Assembly: GCA_903895255.1 (NCBI GenBank)
Contig: CAITTG010000049.1
Span: forward strand, 30,080-94,079
DNA from: an uncultured Verrucomicrobia subdivision 3 bacterium
GTDB taxonomy: Bacteria; Verrucomicrobiota; Verrucomicrobiia; Limisphaerales; UBA11358
Direction of reading: 5' to 3'
DNA: 64,000 nt
Below the pieces are notes generated by a model, which was given only the letters and a program-made list of their open reading frames with translations, did not search any database and was not told where the DNA came from. Position 1 is the stretch's first letter. Each line of letters starts with the position of its first letter. Positions 28,701-36,841 of this stretch are shown here, piece by piece. Both the position numbers and the translations under genes were made by a program.

Positions 28701-29526
28701 GGGGACCGGCGTGTTGACCCTGGCCGGCCAGAACACTTACGTCAGCACCACGACCATCAGCAGCGGCACGCTGGCCCTCACCAACAACGTGTTCACGGGC
28801 AGTGACGGTTCCATCGATAACAGCGCCACCGTCAATCTGGCCGGCGGCGCGTTTCTCGATGTGTCCGGCCGCAGCGATGGCACGTTCCAGAACAGCAGCA
28901 GCCAGACCTTGGAAGGTCGCGGCACGATTCTCGGCGGCTTGAATGTCAATGGCACCGTCGTCCCGGGCGGTGGTTTCGGCGGCGGCACCGGCACGCTGAC
29001 CGTCACCAACGCTGTCAATTTGAACAACTTGGCCTGGCTGAAAATTAACCGTGCCAGCAGCCCGAATAGTGACCGGGTGGTCAGCACCCTGGGCACGCTC
29101 ACCTATGGCGGCACCCTGGTGGTGACCAACATCGGGGCGGGCCTCCAGGTCGGCGACACCTTCACCCTGTTCAGCGCCCCGACGCTGGCCGGTAACTTCG
29201 GCACGCTCGCCCTCCCCAATTATTACAATTGGGATACCAGCCAGCTCACGGTGAACGGTTCCATCCGGGTGGCTGGCGTCCTGCCCCCGCCCGCCTTCAG
29301 TCACGTGGACTTCAGCCAGTTGCCCATCGGCGCGATCACGCTCAACGCCATCAACGGCGCGGCGAACGGACCGGTGACAGTGCTGTCCAGCACCAACCTG
29401 ACGCTGCCGGTCAGCAGTTGGACCAAGGTGAGCACCGGCAATTTTGATGGCAGCGGCAACTATACCACGCAGGTGACGGTGGACCCCGCCGCCCCGCAAT
29501 TGTATTTCCTGATGCAGGCGCAATAA
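25705..29526 (+). CDS. giant secreted PATR protein 2 (tandem paralog of PATR-1)
   Basis: ATG 25705 gives MKPKQTPKNTLLKTTTLLGVLGTLAVLPLSAQ. PATR repeats run throughout. The C-terminal ~250 aa is collinear with PATR-1 (…AWLKINRASSPNSDRVVS…LPNYYNWDTSQLTVNG…LYFLMQAQ). Confidence 0.9.
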   Translation: MKPKQTPKNTLLKTTTLLGVLGTLAVLPLSAQVTATWTGPAAGGEWNTAASWSTLLAPGIDANQTTNAFIGAGTNVSYNLPMAAGGFGSLTENGTLNVNAAGFNLISVVEINPGGTGKFFINSGAVMHVTNTFGVSSNSFVSLAVGSSLTVGGNLIVGSGNTGGTSGATPGSSALMTNFGGALTASSTLLNPGNGSISSACRLVIAGGTNNLGAFSMQRGVGAANAPLALGQDGLVISNGFVNTTSISVGNNAHGIMYLVNGTVTNNGAFTLKNATVNRPARFLQTGGLFVNADPNLISPTPSTTGDTVYTVTGGTNQIYGISFLGAGTDYFTNSGSIFVGAGGIQGNGAVAINAQLNSGGLFGAYAAWTGSVAMRLSGGTFTFQTTDINGTVNNIDYSGVLSGPGALSKTGAGTLLLGGANTYSGNTLINAGTLALDVSGSLTSGKIAVAPGATFDVSAVSGGYFLQNQTLLGYGTVNGAVSVSSGAVVNPGSNSVTGTLTINGALTETNGAINTFYLSSNPAGPNNDLLSVGGDLDVSGTNIVSVSGSLPSGSTYKLISYTGNFNGGISNFALAGVVGVLTNDAVAKSISLIALATTRGPASTVWLGNPLNTNWDTSVSTNWLYAGAPNYFILGDSVNFTDVGASNGPINLVNSLYPSAVTVNSTSNYVFAGNGVIAGSTGLTKTNTGTLTILTTNSYTGLTAINGGTVAINNLPIGGLPGPLGAATSDPGNLAISNATLSYFGANTTSDRGATLGGTATLDIIGGTTLTLSGALQGGGNLTLVDSGTLILSGPNSYTGVTTISNGVLEISTLANALGANTVNLAGGTLSFTGVGGQPTFASALNVVTNSTVVSGGNDILTGAWTGATNVTLNLSIPGSGNTFSINGNLTNFLGTVELGTSAGSFRFNASGGNTMLGGPNTIFDLGTGTATLTARNPGTLALGALEGGASTILTGPGSTAGTLIWQIGSSTNQPNSIFYGNITKTPNANEILGITKVGTGVLTLAGQNTYVSTTTISSGTLALTNNVFTGSDGSIDNSATVNLAGGAFLDVSGRSDGTFQNSSSQTLEGRGTILGGLNVNGTVVPGGGFGGGTGTLTVTNAVNLNNLAWLKINRASSPNSDRVVSTLGTLTYGGTLVVTNIGAGLQVGDTFTLFSAPTLAGNFGTLALPNYYNWDTSQLTVNGSIRVAGVLPPPAFSHVDFSQLPIGAITLNAINGAANGPVTVLSSTNLTLPVSSWTKVSTGNFDGSGNYTTQVTVDPAAPQLYFLMQAQ

Positions 29527-29559
29527 TCGGGTTTCCCTTTGGGGTAATGGGTTGGCGAA

Positions 29560-29618
29560 GCCCCGGGTTTTTAAGAGCGGAAAATGGGTCTGCTTTTGAA
29601 AATCCGGGGCGGCTTTTT
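29560..29618 (+). terminator. long hairpin plus T-run downstream of PATR-2
   Basis: GCCCCGGGTTTTT ... AAAATCCGGGGC followed by GGCTTTTTAAG. Homologous to 25219-25279. Confidence 0.45.
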
Positions 29619-29670
29619 AAGCCCTTGACTCATGGAAACCTGCGGCCCGGTTGTTTGAACTGCTACGTTT

Positions 29671-32600
29671 ATGAATTATCGCCAACTCTTGGTGCCTCTC
29701 TGGGCCGCCTGCTGTTTGGGGCACGCCCTTTCCAGCCGCGCACAAACCACCTCCTGGGCCGCCGCCGCCAGCGGTAACTGGAACACCGCCGCGAGCTGGT
29801 CGCCCGCGCTGGTGCCCGCCGCCGGCACCAACGTGGCCATCACCGCCGCCGGGACGTTCACGGTTACCTATAATTCCCCGATGACCGCCCCCGGCATCGC
29901 CTCCCTGACCCTCGGCTCGGCCTCCAGCATTCCCACCCTCACACTCACCGCCCCCGGGTTCAACGTGACGGGCAATTCGACGCTGGTGGACAGTTCGGCG
30001 GAAATCCTCAACGTGAGCGGCGGCGGGGTGATGACCAACGGCAGCTTGAGCCTCACCAGCCGGAATGGCGTGGTGAATGTGAATAGCGGAGGTATTCTCA
30101 CTAATGCCTCCACCCAGGTCGCCAACAACAACAGTGTGGACGGCTCCACGGTGTTAAAAATCAATTCCGGGGCCGTCGCCAGCCTGGGCGATGTCACCAT
30201 CGGCCGCCACACCGAATCCGCCGCCTATGGCCTCGTCATCGCGGGCGGCACGGTCTCGGCCAACAGCATTGCCGTGGGGATTCGCAATTCCTACGCCACC
30301 ATGGCCGTGAGCGGCGGCACGCTCACCAATGCCGGCAGTTTGCAGATTGGCACCGGGTCCGCCACGGCGGGCCGCGAAGTGCGCTACTACCAGACCGGCG
30401 GCTCGGTGGGCTGCGCCGGCACCGTGGACGTGGCGGTGGCGGCGAGTTACACCGCCTGGTTTAGTGTGCTGGGTACCAGTTCCTCCTTTACCGCCAGTGG
30501 CATCCGGATTTTTCCCAACGCGGTTTCGGGTGCCGTCGCCCGGCTCACCAACAGTGGCAGCATTTATCTGGGGGCGGCGGGTTTGAATGTCCTCAATTCC
30601 GGCAGTTACACCGTCGCGCTCAATGATCAAAGCGTCTTGGGTGCCACGGCGGATTGGACCGGCAATGCCAGTCTTGTCCTGCCCGGCGGGGTGGCCACCC
30701 TCAAGGCGGGCGATGCCGCCGGTCTGGCCCACAATCTCACCCTGACCAGCACCCTCAGCGGCCCCGGCAGCCTCGCTAAAACCGGCAATGGCACGTTGCA
30801 GCTTTCCGGTGCCAACTCCTATGCCGGCAGCACCACCGTGAGTGCGGGGGAATTGCTGCTGGCCAATGCCGCCGCCCTCCCCAAAGGCACGGCGTTGTCC
30901 CTGGGTGGCAGCGGCACCGCCGCCACCGTGGATCTCGCGGGCAATAGCGTCGCCCTCAGCGGTCTGGCACTCGGTGTCGGCGCGGCCGCGGCCAGCCAGT
31001 TCATCACTAACAGCAGTCTGACCACCACCAGCCTGCTCACCTTTAGCAATAGTGCGGCGGTATCGAGCTACGGCGGCAGTCTGGCCGGGGGTGTCAAACC
31101 GATTGCCCTGACGCTGCTGGGCGGCAGCCTGACCTTGGGCGGGGTCAACACTTATGCCGGCAACTTGCTGGTCAGCAATGGCAAACTGGCCTTGAGTGGC
31201 GCGGGCTCCACCTTCACCGGTCCCGCCATCGTCTTGAGTAATACGGCCGCCATCCTGGATTTGACGGGCATGAACACCCTCACCCTGGCGGCCGGGCAAA
31301 GCCTGGCCGGTTACGGGACGGTCACCGGCAGTGTGACCGCGGCGAATTGCGCGCTCACGCCGGGCACCAATGGCGGTGGCGGCACCCTGACCATCGTTGG
31401 CGGGCTCGCCTTTAATGGCAATGTGACCAGCCAGTTTGACCTCGGCCTGGACCCCAACGGCGCGGGCAACGACCAGCTCAATGCCACCGGCCCCGCCAGC
31501 TTCTCCGGCCTCAACACGCTGGTCATCAATCCCCTGACGGGCTCCCTCTCCGCCGGGGCTTACCGGCTGATCAATTACGGTTCGCTCGCCGCCGGGGGCG
31601 CGGCGAATTTTCAAATCATGGGCTCCCCCGGTTCCGGCTTGCAAGCCACGCTCAATGCCGGCCCCACCGGCCTGGACCTCGTGGTGACGCACGTGGGCGG
31701 CGCGGAACGGATCTGGCAGGGCGATGGCGCGGCCAATCTGTGGGATGGTTCCAGCCTCAACTGGCTCGATGACGGATTTCCGGATTTTTTTACCAACGGC
31801 AATTTCGTGGTTTTTGACGACTCGGCCACGAACAACCTCGTCACCTTGGTTGGCACCCTCCAGCCCGCCAGTGTGACGGTGGACTCCACCAATAATTACA
31901 CCCTCGCCGGCGCGGGCAAAATCAGCGGACTGGTTTTATTCACCAAGACGAACCTCGCCACGCTGACCGTTTTGACCACCAACGATTACACCGGCATCAC
32001 CGCCATCGGGCAGGGCGCCCTGCAGGTGGGCAATGGTGTCCAAGGCGGTTCTTTGGGAACCAATGCCATTCAGGACACCGGCACCCTCGTGCTCGACTTG
32101 CCGGGCAGCAACACCTTCAGCAGTCTCGTCTCCGGTTCGGGCACCCTCGTGCAGGCCAGCCCCGGCACCCTGGTGCTGACGGCCAGCAACTCTTACACTG
32201 GCGGCACCACGATCAGCGCCGGCACGTTGCAGCTCAACCCCGGCGGCTGGTTTGGCCCCGGCAATCTCGCCGACAACGGCCGGCTCGTCTTGAACACCAC
32301 CGGCACCACCACCGTGGGCGCGACCATCAGTGGCACGGGCTCGCTCCTGCTGACCGGCGCGGGCACCGTGGTCTTCACGGGTGCCAATCCTTTCAGTGGT
32401 GGCACGGCGCTCAACGCCGGCACCGTGCTCGTCAATAACCTCACCGGCAGCGGTTTGGGCACGGGCCCCGTCTCGGTGGGCTCGGGCGGCACGCTGGGTG
32501 GCGGCGGTACCATCGGCGGTCCGGTGACCATCAATAACGGCGGCATCCTCGCCCCCGGCAATCCCGTCGGCACCCTGACCATCAGCAACCAACTCACCTG

Positions 32601-34560
32601 CGCCAGTGCCAGCATCCTCAATTTCACCCTCGGTGCCACCAGCGACCGCGTGGCCGTCAGCGGCAATCTCAATCTCGGCGGGACGCTTAATATCTCCGCC
32701 GGGACGGGTTTCAACACCGGCACTTACCCCCTCTTCACCTACGGTGGCACTCTTGCGCTGGGCGCGGTCACGCTCAACCTCCCCGCGGGTACTTCCGCCA
32801 CGCTGGACACCGCCACCCTGGGCCAGGTGAACCTCCTGGTCAATGTGCTGCAAACCAATATCCCCGCCTTTCCCGGCGCCCTCGGCTTCGGCGCCGGCGC
32901 GACCGGCGCCCGTTTCGGCGGCTCCGTCTACCATGTTACCAACCTCGGCGACAGCGGCACCGGCTCCTTCCGCGACGCCGTCAGCCAGTCCGGCCGCACG
33001 ATTGTCTTCGATGTGGGCGGCTACATCGTCCTCAACAGCGCCGTCACCTGCGCCAACAATCTCACCATCGCCGGCCAGACCGCCCCGGGCGACGGCATTG
33101 GCATCATGGGCCACGAATTGTCCTTCAGTGTGCGGAACAATGAAATCGTCCGCTTCCTCCGCATCCGGCCCGGCTCCCTCGCCAGCTCCGGCGAGGACGG
33201 CATCAATATCGGCGATGGCACGAACATGATTTTCGACCACGTCTCCATCGAGTTCGCCCCGTATGACAACGTAGATGCCGTCGGCAGCGCCACCGGTTCC
33301 CATCTCATCACCGTCCAAAACTCCATCCTCGCCGACCCGACCGGCCAGCAGTTCAACGCCCACACCGAGGCGCTCGGCAACAGTTTCTCCTGGTTTTACA
33401 ATATTTTCAGCTCCGCCCACAACCGCAACCCGCTGGCCAAAATGAACACCCTGTTCATTAATAATATTGTGTATAATTACCAGGCCGGCTACACCGTCGC
33501 TAGCACCAGCGGCCATTTCCAACACGACATCATCAATAATTACTTCATCGCCGGACCCTCCACCTCCAGCCCGGGCGACAACTTTTTCCAAATGGATGGC
33601 AACCAGCAGGTCTATTCCGCCGGCAATTTGCTCGACGGTGACCAAAGCGGCTCGCTGGGCGGCTCCGCGACGGATCCCGGCGGCGTGGTCGTCCTCACCT
33701 CCCCCTGGTCCACCCTGACCCCGGGCATTCCCACCTATCCCACGGTCACCGCCTATCGCAACGATGTTTCCCTCGCCGGCGCCTTCCCGCACGACCAGGT
33801 CGACCAGCAAGTCGCCGGCGACGTCACCTCCCTTGGCACCCGCGGCCAGATGTGGACCACCCAAACCGCCACCGGCCTGGGCAACAACGGCTACGGCAAC
33901 ATCAACGGCGGCTCCGCCCCGGTCGACACCGACCAGGATGGCCTCCCGGATTACTGGGAGCTGGCCATGGGCTCCAATCCGGCCGTGGCCGACAGCCTGG
34001 TGGCCGGCACCGGCGGCTACAGCCGGCTGGAAAATTATCTCAACTGGCTGGCCGCGCCGCACGCCGTCGCCCCCGGCAACTCCAGCGTGCTGGTTGATCT
34101 GTGGCAATATACCCAAGGTTTCACCAACGCCAGCCCCGCTTACACCGTGTCCGCCCCGCTTAATGGCACTGTTGCGTTGCAGGCCGACGGCCACACCGCG
34201 CGGTTCGCCCCCGCCGTCGATTTCTCCGGCCTCGGCGGCTTCACCTTCACCGTCCGCGCCAGTGATGGTTCCGCCATCACCAACACCGTTGGCGTGCTCG
34301 TCACCGTTGCCCCGCCCGTGCCGCCCGCCATCAGCGGCATCCAGTATTCCGGTGGCGGCGGTTCGGGTGGTGCCGTGCAAATCACCGGCTCCCAAGGCAT
34401 CCCCAACGGCAGTTATTACCTCCTGGGTTCCACCAACCTCGCCCTGCCGTTGAACCAATGGACCAGCCTCGCCACCAACGTTTTTGACGCCGCCGGCAAC
34501 TTCAATTGCACCGCCCCCGCCGGCAGCGCGAACATGTTTTACCTGCTCCAACTCCCCTGA
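29671..34560 (+). CDS. giant PATR protein 3 fused to a pectate-lyase-like beta-helix, a Ca-binding-type DxDxDG motif and Ig-like domains
   Basis: Signal peptide and PATR repeats for ~1050 aa. Next comes YHVTNLGDSGTGSFRDAV...LTIAGQTAPGDGIGI...RFLRIRPG...NPLAKM, a pectate lyase pattern. Then DTDQDGLPDYWELAMGSNP. It ends in ...STNLALPLNQWTSLATNVFDAAGN...MFYLLQLP. Confidence 0.88.
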   Translation: MNYRQLLVPLWAACCLGHALSSRAQTTSWAAAASGNWNTAASWSPALVPAAGTNVAITAAGTFTVTYNSPMTAPGIASLTLGSASSIPTLTLTAPGFNVTGNSTLVDSSAEILNVSGGGVMTNGSLSLTSRNGVVNVNSGGILTNASTQVANNNSVDGSTVLKINSGAVASLGDVTIGRHTESAAYGLVIAGGTVSANSIAVGIRNSYATMAVSGGTLTNAGSLQIGTGSATAGREVRYYQTGGSVGCAGTVDVAVAASYTAWFSVLGTSSSFTASGIRIFPNAVSGAVARLTNSGSIYLGAAGLNVLNSGSYTVALNDQSVLGATADWTGNASLVLPGGVATLKAGDAAGLAHNLTLTSTLSGPGSLAKTGNGTLQLSGANSYAGSTTVSAGELLLANAAALPKGTALSLGGSGTAATVDLAGNSVALSGLALGVGAAAASQFITNSSLTTTSLLTFSNSAAVSSYGGSLAGGVKPIALTLLGGSLTLGGVNTYAGNLLVSNGKLALSGAGSTFTGPAIVLSNTAAILDLTGMNTLTLAAGQSLAGYGTVTGSVTAANCALTPGTNGGGGTLTIVGGLAFNGNVTSQFDLGLDPNGAGNDQLNATGPASFSGLNTLVINPLTGSLSAGAYRLINYGSLAAGGAANFQIMGSPGSGLQATLNAGPTGLDLVVTHVGGAERIWQGDGAANLWDGSSLNWLDDGFPDFFTNGNFVVFDDSATNNLVTLVGTLQPASVTVDSTNNYTLAGAGKISGLVLFTKTNLATLTVLTTNDYTGITAIGQGALQVGNGVQGGSLGTNAIQDTGTLVLDLPGSNTFSSLVSGSGTLVQASPGTLVLTASNSYTGGTTISAGTLQLNPGGWFGPGNLADNGRLVLNTTGTTTVGATISGTGSLLLTGAGTVVFTGANPFSGGTALNAGTVLVNNLTGSGLGTGPVSVGSGGTLGGGGTIGGPVTINNGGILAPGNPVGTLTISNQLTCASASILNFTLGATSDRVAVSGNLNLGGTLNISAGTGFNTGTYPLFTYGGTLALGAVTLNLPAGTSATLDTATLGQVNLLVNVLQTNIPAFPGALGFGAGATGARFGGSVYHVTNLGDSGTGSFRDAVSQSGRTIVFDVGGYIVLNSAVTCANNLTIAGQTAPGDGIGIMGHELSFSVRNNEIVRFLRIRPGSLASSGEDGINIGDGTNMIFDHVSIEFAPYDNVDAVGSATGSHLITVQNSILADPTGQQFNAHTEALGNSFSWFYNIFSSAHNRNPLAKMNTLFINNIVYNYQAGYTVASTSGHFQHDIINNYFIAGPSTSSPGDNFFQMDGNQQVYSAGNLLDGDQSGSLGGSATDPGGVVVLTSPWSTLTPGIPTYPTVTAYRNDVSLAGAFPHDQVDQQVAGDVTSLGTRGQMWTTQTATGLGNNGYGNINGGSAPVDTDQDGLPDYWELAMGSNPAVADSLVAGTGGYSRLENYLNWLAAPHAVAPGNSSVLVDLWQYTQGFTNASPAYTVSAPLNGTVALQADGHTARFAPAVDFSGLGGFTFTVRASDGSAITNTVGVLVTVAPPVPPAISGIQYSGGGGSGGAVQITGSQGIPNGSYYLLGSTNLALPLNQWTSLATNVFDAAGNFNCTAPAGSANMFYLLQLP

Positions 34561-34614
34561 CCGGTCGCAATTCTCTTTTGCCACCGCTCCCATTTTCGGC
34601 AACAGTGTGCGGGC

Positions 34615-35970
34615 GTGACCTCCGCCATCGCCCGCACCGCCCGCGAAATTGTCCAGCGCCTCCAAACGGCGGGTTTCCGCGCGTTCTGGGTCGGCGGTTG
34701 CGTCCGCGATTTTCTCCTGGGCCGGGAACCGCAGGATTATGACATTGCCACCAGCGCTCGGCCCGCGGAAATGGAAAAGCTCTTCCCCCACACCATCCCC
34801 GTGGGCCGCCAGTTCGGCGTCCTCGTCGTGGTCGAGCAGGGGATGCCATTCCAGCTCGCCACCTTCCGCGCCGAGGCCGATTACCGCGATGGCCGCCGTC
34901 CCGAAACCGTCGTCTTCGCCGACGCCGAGGCCGACGCCCTTCGCCGCGACTTCACCGTCAACGGCCTGTTCTACGATCCGCTCCGCGATGAGTTTCACGA
35001 CTGGGTGGGCGGGCGCGCCGACCTCGCCGCCCGCTTGATTCGCACCATCGGTTCGCCCGCCGAACGCTTTGCTGAGGACCACCTCCGCCTCCTCCGCGCC
35101 GTCCGCTTCGCCGCCCAGCTGGATTTTGAAATTGAACCGGCCACCTTCGCCGCCGTCCGGCAGTTCGCCCCCCGCATCGCCACCGTCAGCGCCGAGCGCG
35201 TCCGGGACGAATTGATTAAGTTATTCACCCCGCCCCACGCCGCCCACGGCCTCGTGCTGCTGCGCGACAGCGGCCTGCTCGCGCACGTCCTCCCCGAACT
35301 CGCCGCCACCGATACCTGCGCCCAATCCCCCGACCATCACCCCGAGGGCACCGTCTTCGAACACCTCCGCCTCATGCTGGCGCAACTCCCCGAACCCTGC
35401 CCCGCCGCGTTGCCCTGGGCTGTGCTCCTCCACGACATCGCCAAGCCCGTCACCGCCACCACCGATCCCGTCACCGGCGGCATCCACTTTTATGGTCACG
35501 AAAAAGTGGGCGCGGACATGGCGCGGAACATCCTCCAGCGCCTGCGCTTTCCCAGCCTGGAAATCGATGAAATCGCCGCCTGCGTCCTCCACCACATGCA
35601 GTTCAAAGATGTGAAACAAATGCGCCAGTCCACCCGCCGGCGCATGATCCTCCGTGAAACCTTCCCGCTCGAACTCGCCCTCCACCGCCTCGACTGCCTC
35701 GGCTCCCACGGCTCATTGGAACATTACGACTTCATGCTCGCCCAGGCTGCCGACCTCGCGCAACAGCCCGCCCTGCATCCCCCGTTGCTGACCGGCCACG
35801 ACCTCATCGCCCTCGGCGTTCCTCCCGGCGCCGCCCTCGGCCGCCTCCTCCACGAACTCCGCGACCACCAGTTGCAAGGCGACCTCACCACCGCCGACCA
35901 GGCCCGCGCTTGGGTCGTCCAAAGTCTAAAGTCCACAGTCCAAAGTCCCGCCGGTAGTCCGCCGACTTGA
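34615..35970 (+). CDS. cca: CCA-adding tRNA nucleotidyltransferase (PolyA-pol head plus HD domain)
   Basis: GFRAFWVGGCVRDFLLGREPQDYDIAT, RAEADYRDGRRP and the HD region LLHDIAKP...GHEKVG. Confidence 0.9.
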   Translation: MTSAIARTAREIVQRLQTAGFRAFWVGGCVRDFLLGREPQDYDIATSARPAEMEKLFPHTIPVGRQFGVLVVVEQGMPFQLATFRAEADYRDGRRPETVVFADAEADALRRDFTVNGLFYDPLRDEFHDWVGGRADLAARLIRTIGSPAERFAEDHLRLLRAVRFAAQLDFEIEPATFAAVRQFAPRIATVSAERVRDELIKLFTPPHAAHGLVLLRDSGLLAHVLPELAATDTCAQSPDHHPEGTVFEHLRLMLAQLPEPCPAALPWAVLLHDIAKPVTATTDPVTGGIHFYGHEKVGADMARNILQRLRFPSLEIDEIAACVLHHMQFKDVKQMRQSTRRRMILRETFPLELALHRLDCLGSHGSLEHYDFMLAQAADLAQQPALHPPLLTGHDLIALGVPPGAALGRLLHELRDHQLQGDLTTADQARAWVVQSLKSTVQSPAGSPPT

Positions 35971-35998
35971 GACTTGGGACTATAGACTTGAGACATAT

Positions 35999-36652
35999 TT
36001 ATTTCCCTGGCAACGGATCCAGCGCCATCTTCCTGATTTCAATCTCCCCGCCCTCGCTTTGAATCCCAATAAATCCATTCGTCACCGTGCACTCCGTCGT
36101 CTCATTCATTAACCGCTCGTTTACGTAGGCTGTCACCGTGCCTCCCGCGCACACTGTCCGCACCGTGTCCCACTCCCCGATCGGATGTTCATTGGCCCCG
36201 CCGCGCAAGGGCAGGGGCGTGTTCGCATCCATCCCCCGGTGCTCCTTGCTCTCCGCCCCCGCCATCAAAAACAAATCCCCCTGCCGCGTGTGCTTGCCCT
36301 GCACCTGCACACACGCCGGCCACACCTTGTCCGGCAACTGCATGTGCACCAGCACCCCCGTGTTGTCCGCCTTCGGCGCCACCTTCCGAAACCGCCATTC
36401 CACCGTCAGCACATAATCCTGATACGCGCCCACCGACCGGATATACCCCGTGGGTTTGCCCGTGCAATGAATCACCCCGTTCGTCACCGACCACGTCGCC
36501 CGCGGGTCCGCGTCCCCCTTCATGCAAAAAGTCCAGCCCGAGAAATCCCGGCCGTTGAACAACTCCACGTGGCCGGTTGGCGTCACCGCCGTTTGCGCAT
36601 ACACCAGGTGGCAGGCGCCGAGCGCCGCCAATAAAGCAAGGGTGAATTTCAT
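35999..36652 (-). CDS. DUF1080 (3-keto-disaccharide hydrolase-like) secreted protein
   Basis: Signal peptide, then LFNGRDFSGWTF...WSVTNGVIHC...YQDYVLTVEWRF...NTGVLVHM, the typical DUF1080 pattern. Confidence 0.8.
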   Translation of the reverse strand: MKFTLALLAALGACHLVYAQTAVTPTGHVELFNGRDFSGWTFCMKGDADPRATWSVTNGVIHCTGKPTGYIRSVGAYQDYVLTVEWRFRKVAPKADNTGVLVHMQLPDKVWPACVQVQGKHTRQGDLFLMAGAESKEHRGMDANTPLPLRGGANEHPIGEWDTVRTVCAGGTVTAYVNERLMNETTECTVTNGFIGIQSEGGEIEIRKMALDPLPGK

Positions 36653-36841
36653 GCTTGGATCTTATCCCACCCAAACCCTTCGCGGAAAGTCTAATCCATC
36701 AGCCCGGCTTTGGCCGCCGCCCGGCCGCCTCCACCAGTAAGCGGCTGGCGCTTAATGGTATAACATAAGTACCCCATCCAGATCGTCCGGACGGGCCCCC
36801 TTTGGTCCCGCCCGGAAGCCTGGCTTCGCTCCTGGCAGCCC

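Noticed and set aside
31936-35082. 1048-aa minus-strand ORF and many other long antisense ORFs: 3081-4289-, 5801-6865-, 8930-9922+, 13638-15185+, 14879-16192+, 19400-20839+, 21829-23910-, 25738-26859-, 26926-29523-, 30154-31692-, 36902-38380-, 41147-42157+, 44857-46011-, 46053-47006-, 48251-50122-, 55296-56342-, 58445-59230-
   Set aside because: Each lies opposite a gene with clear family motifs. Their translations are low-complexity and R/G/A/P/H-rich, as expected for stop-poor antisense frames in GC-rich DNA.
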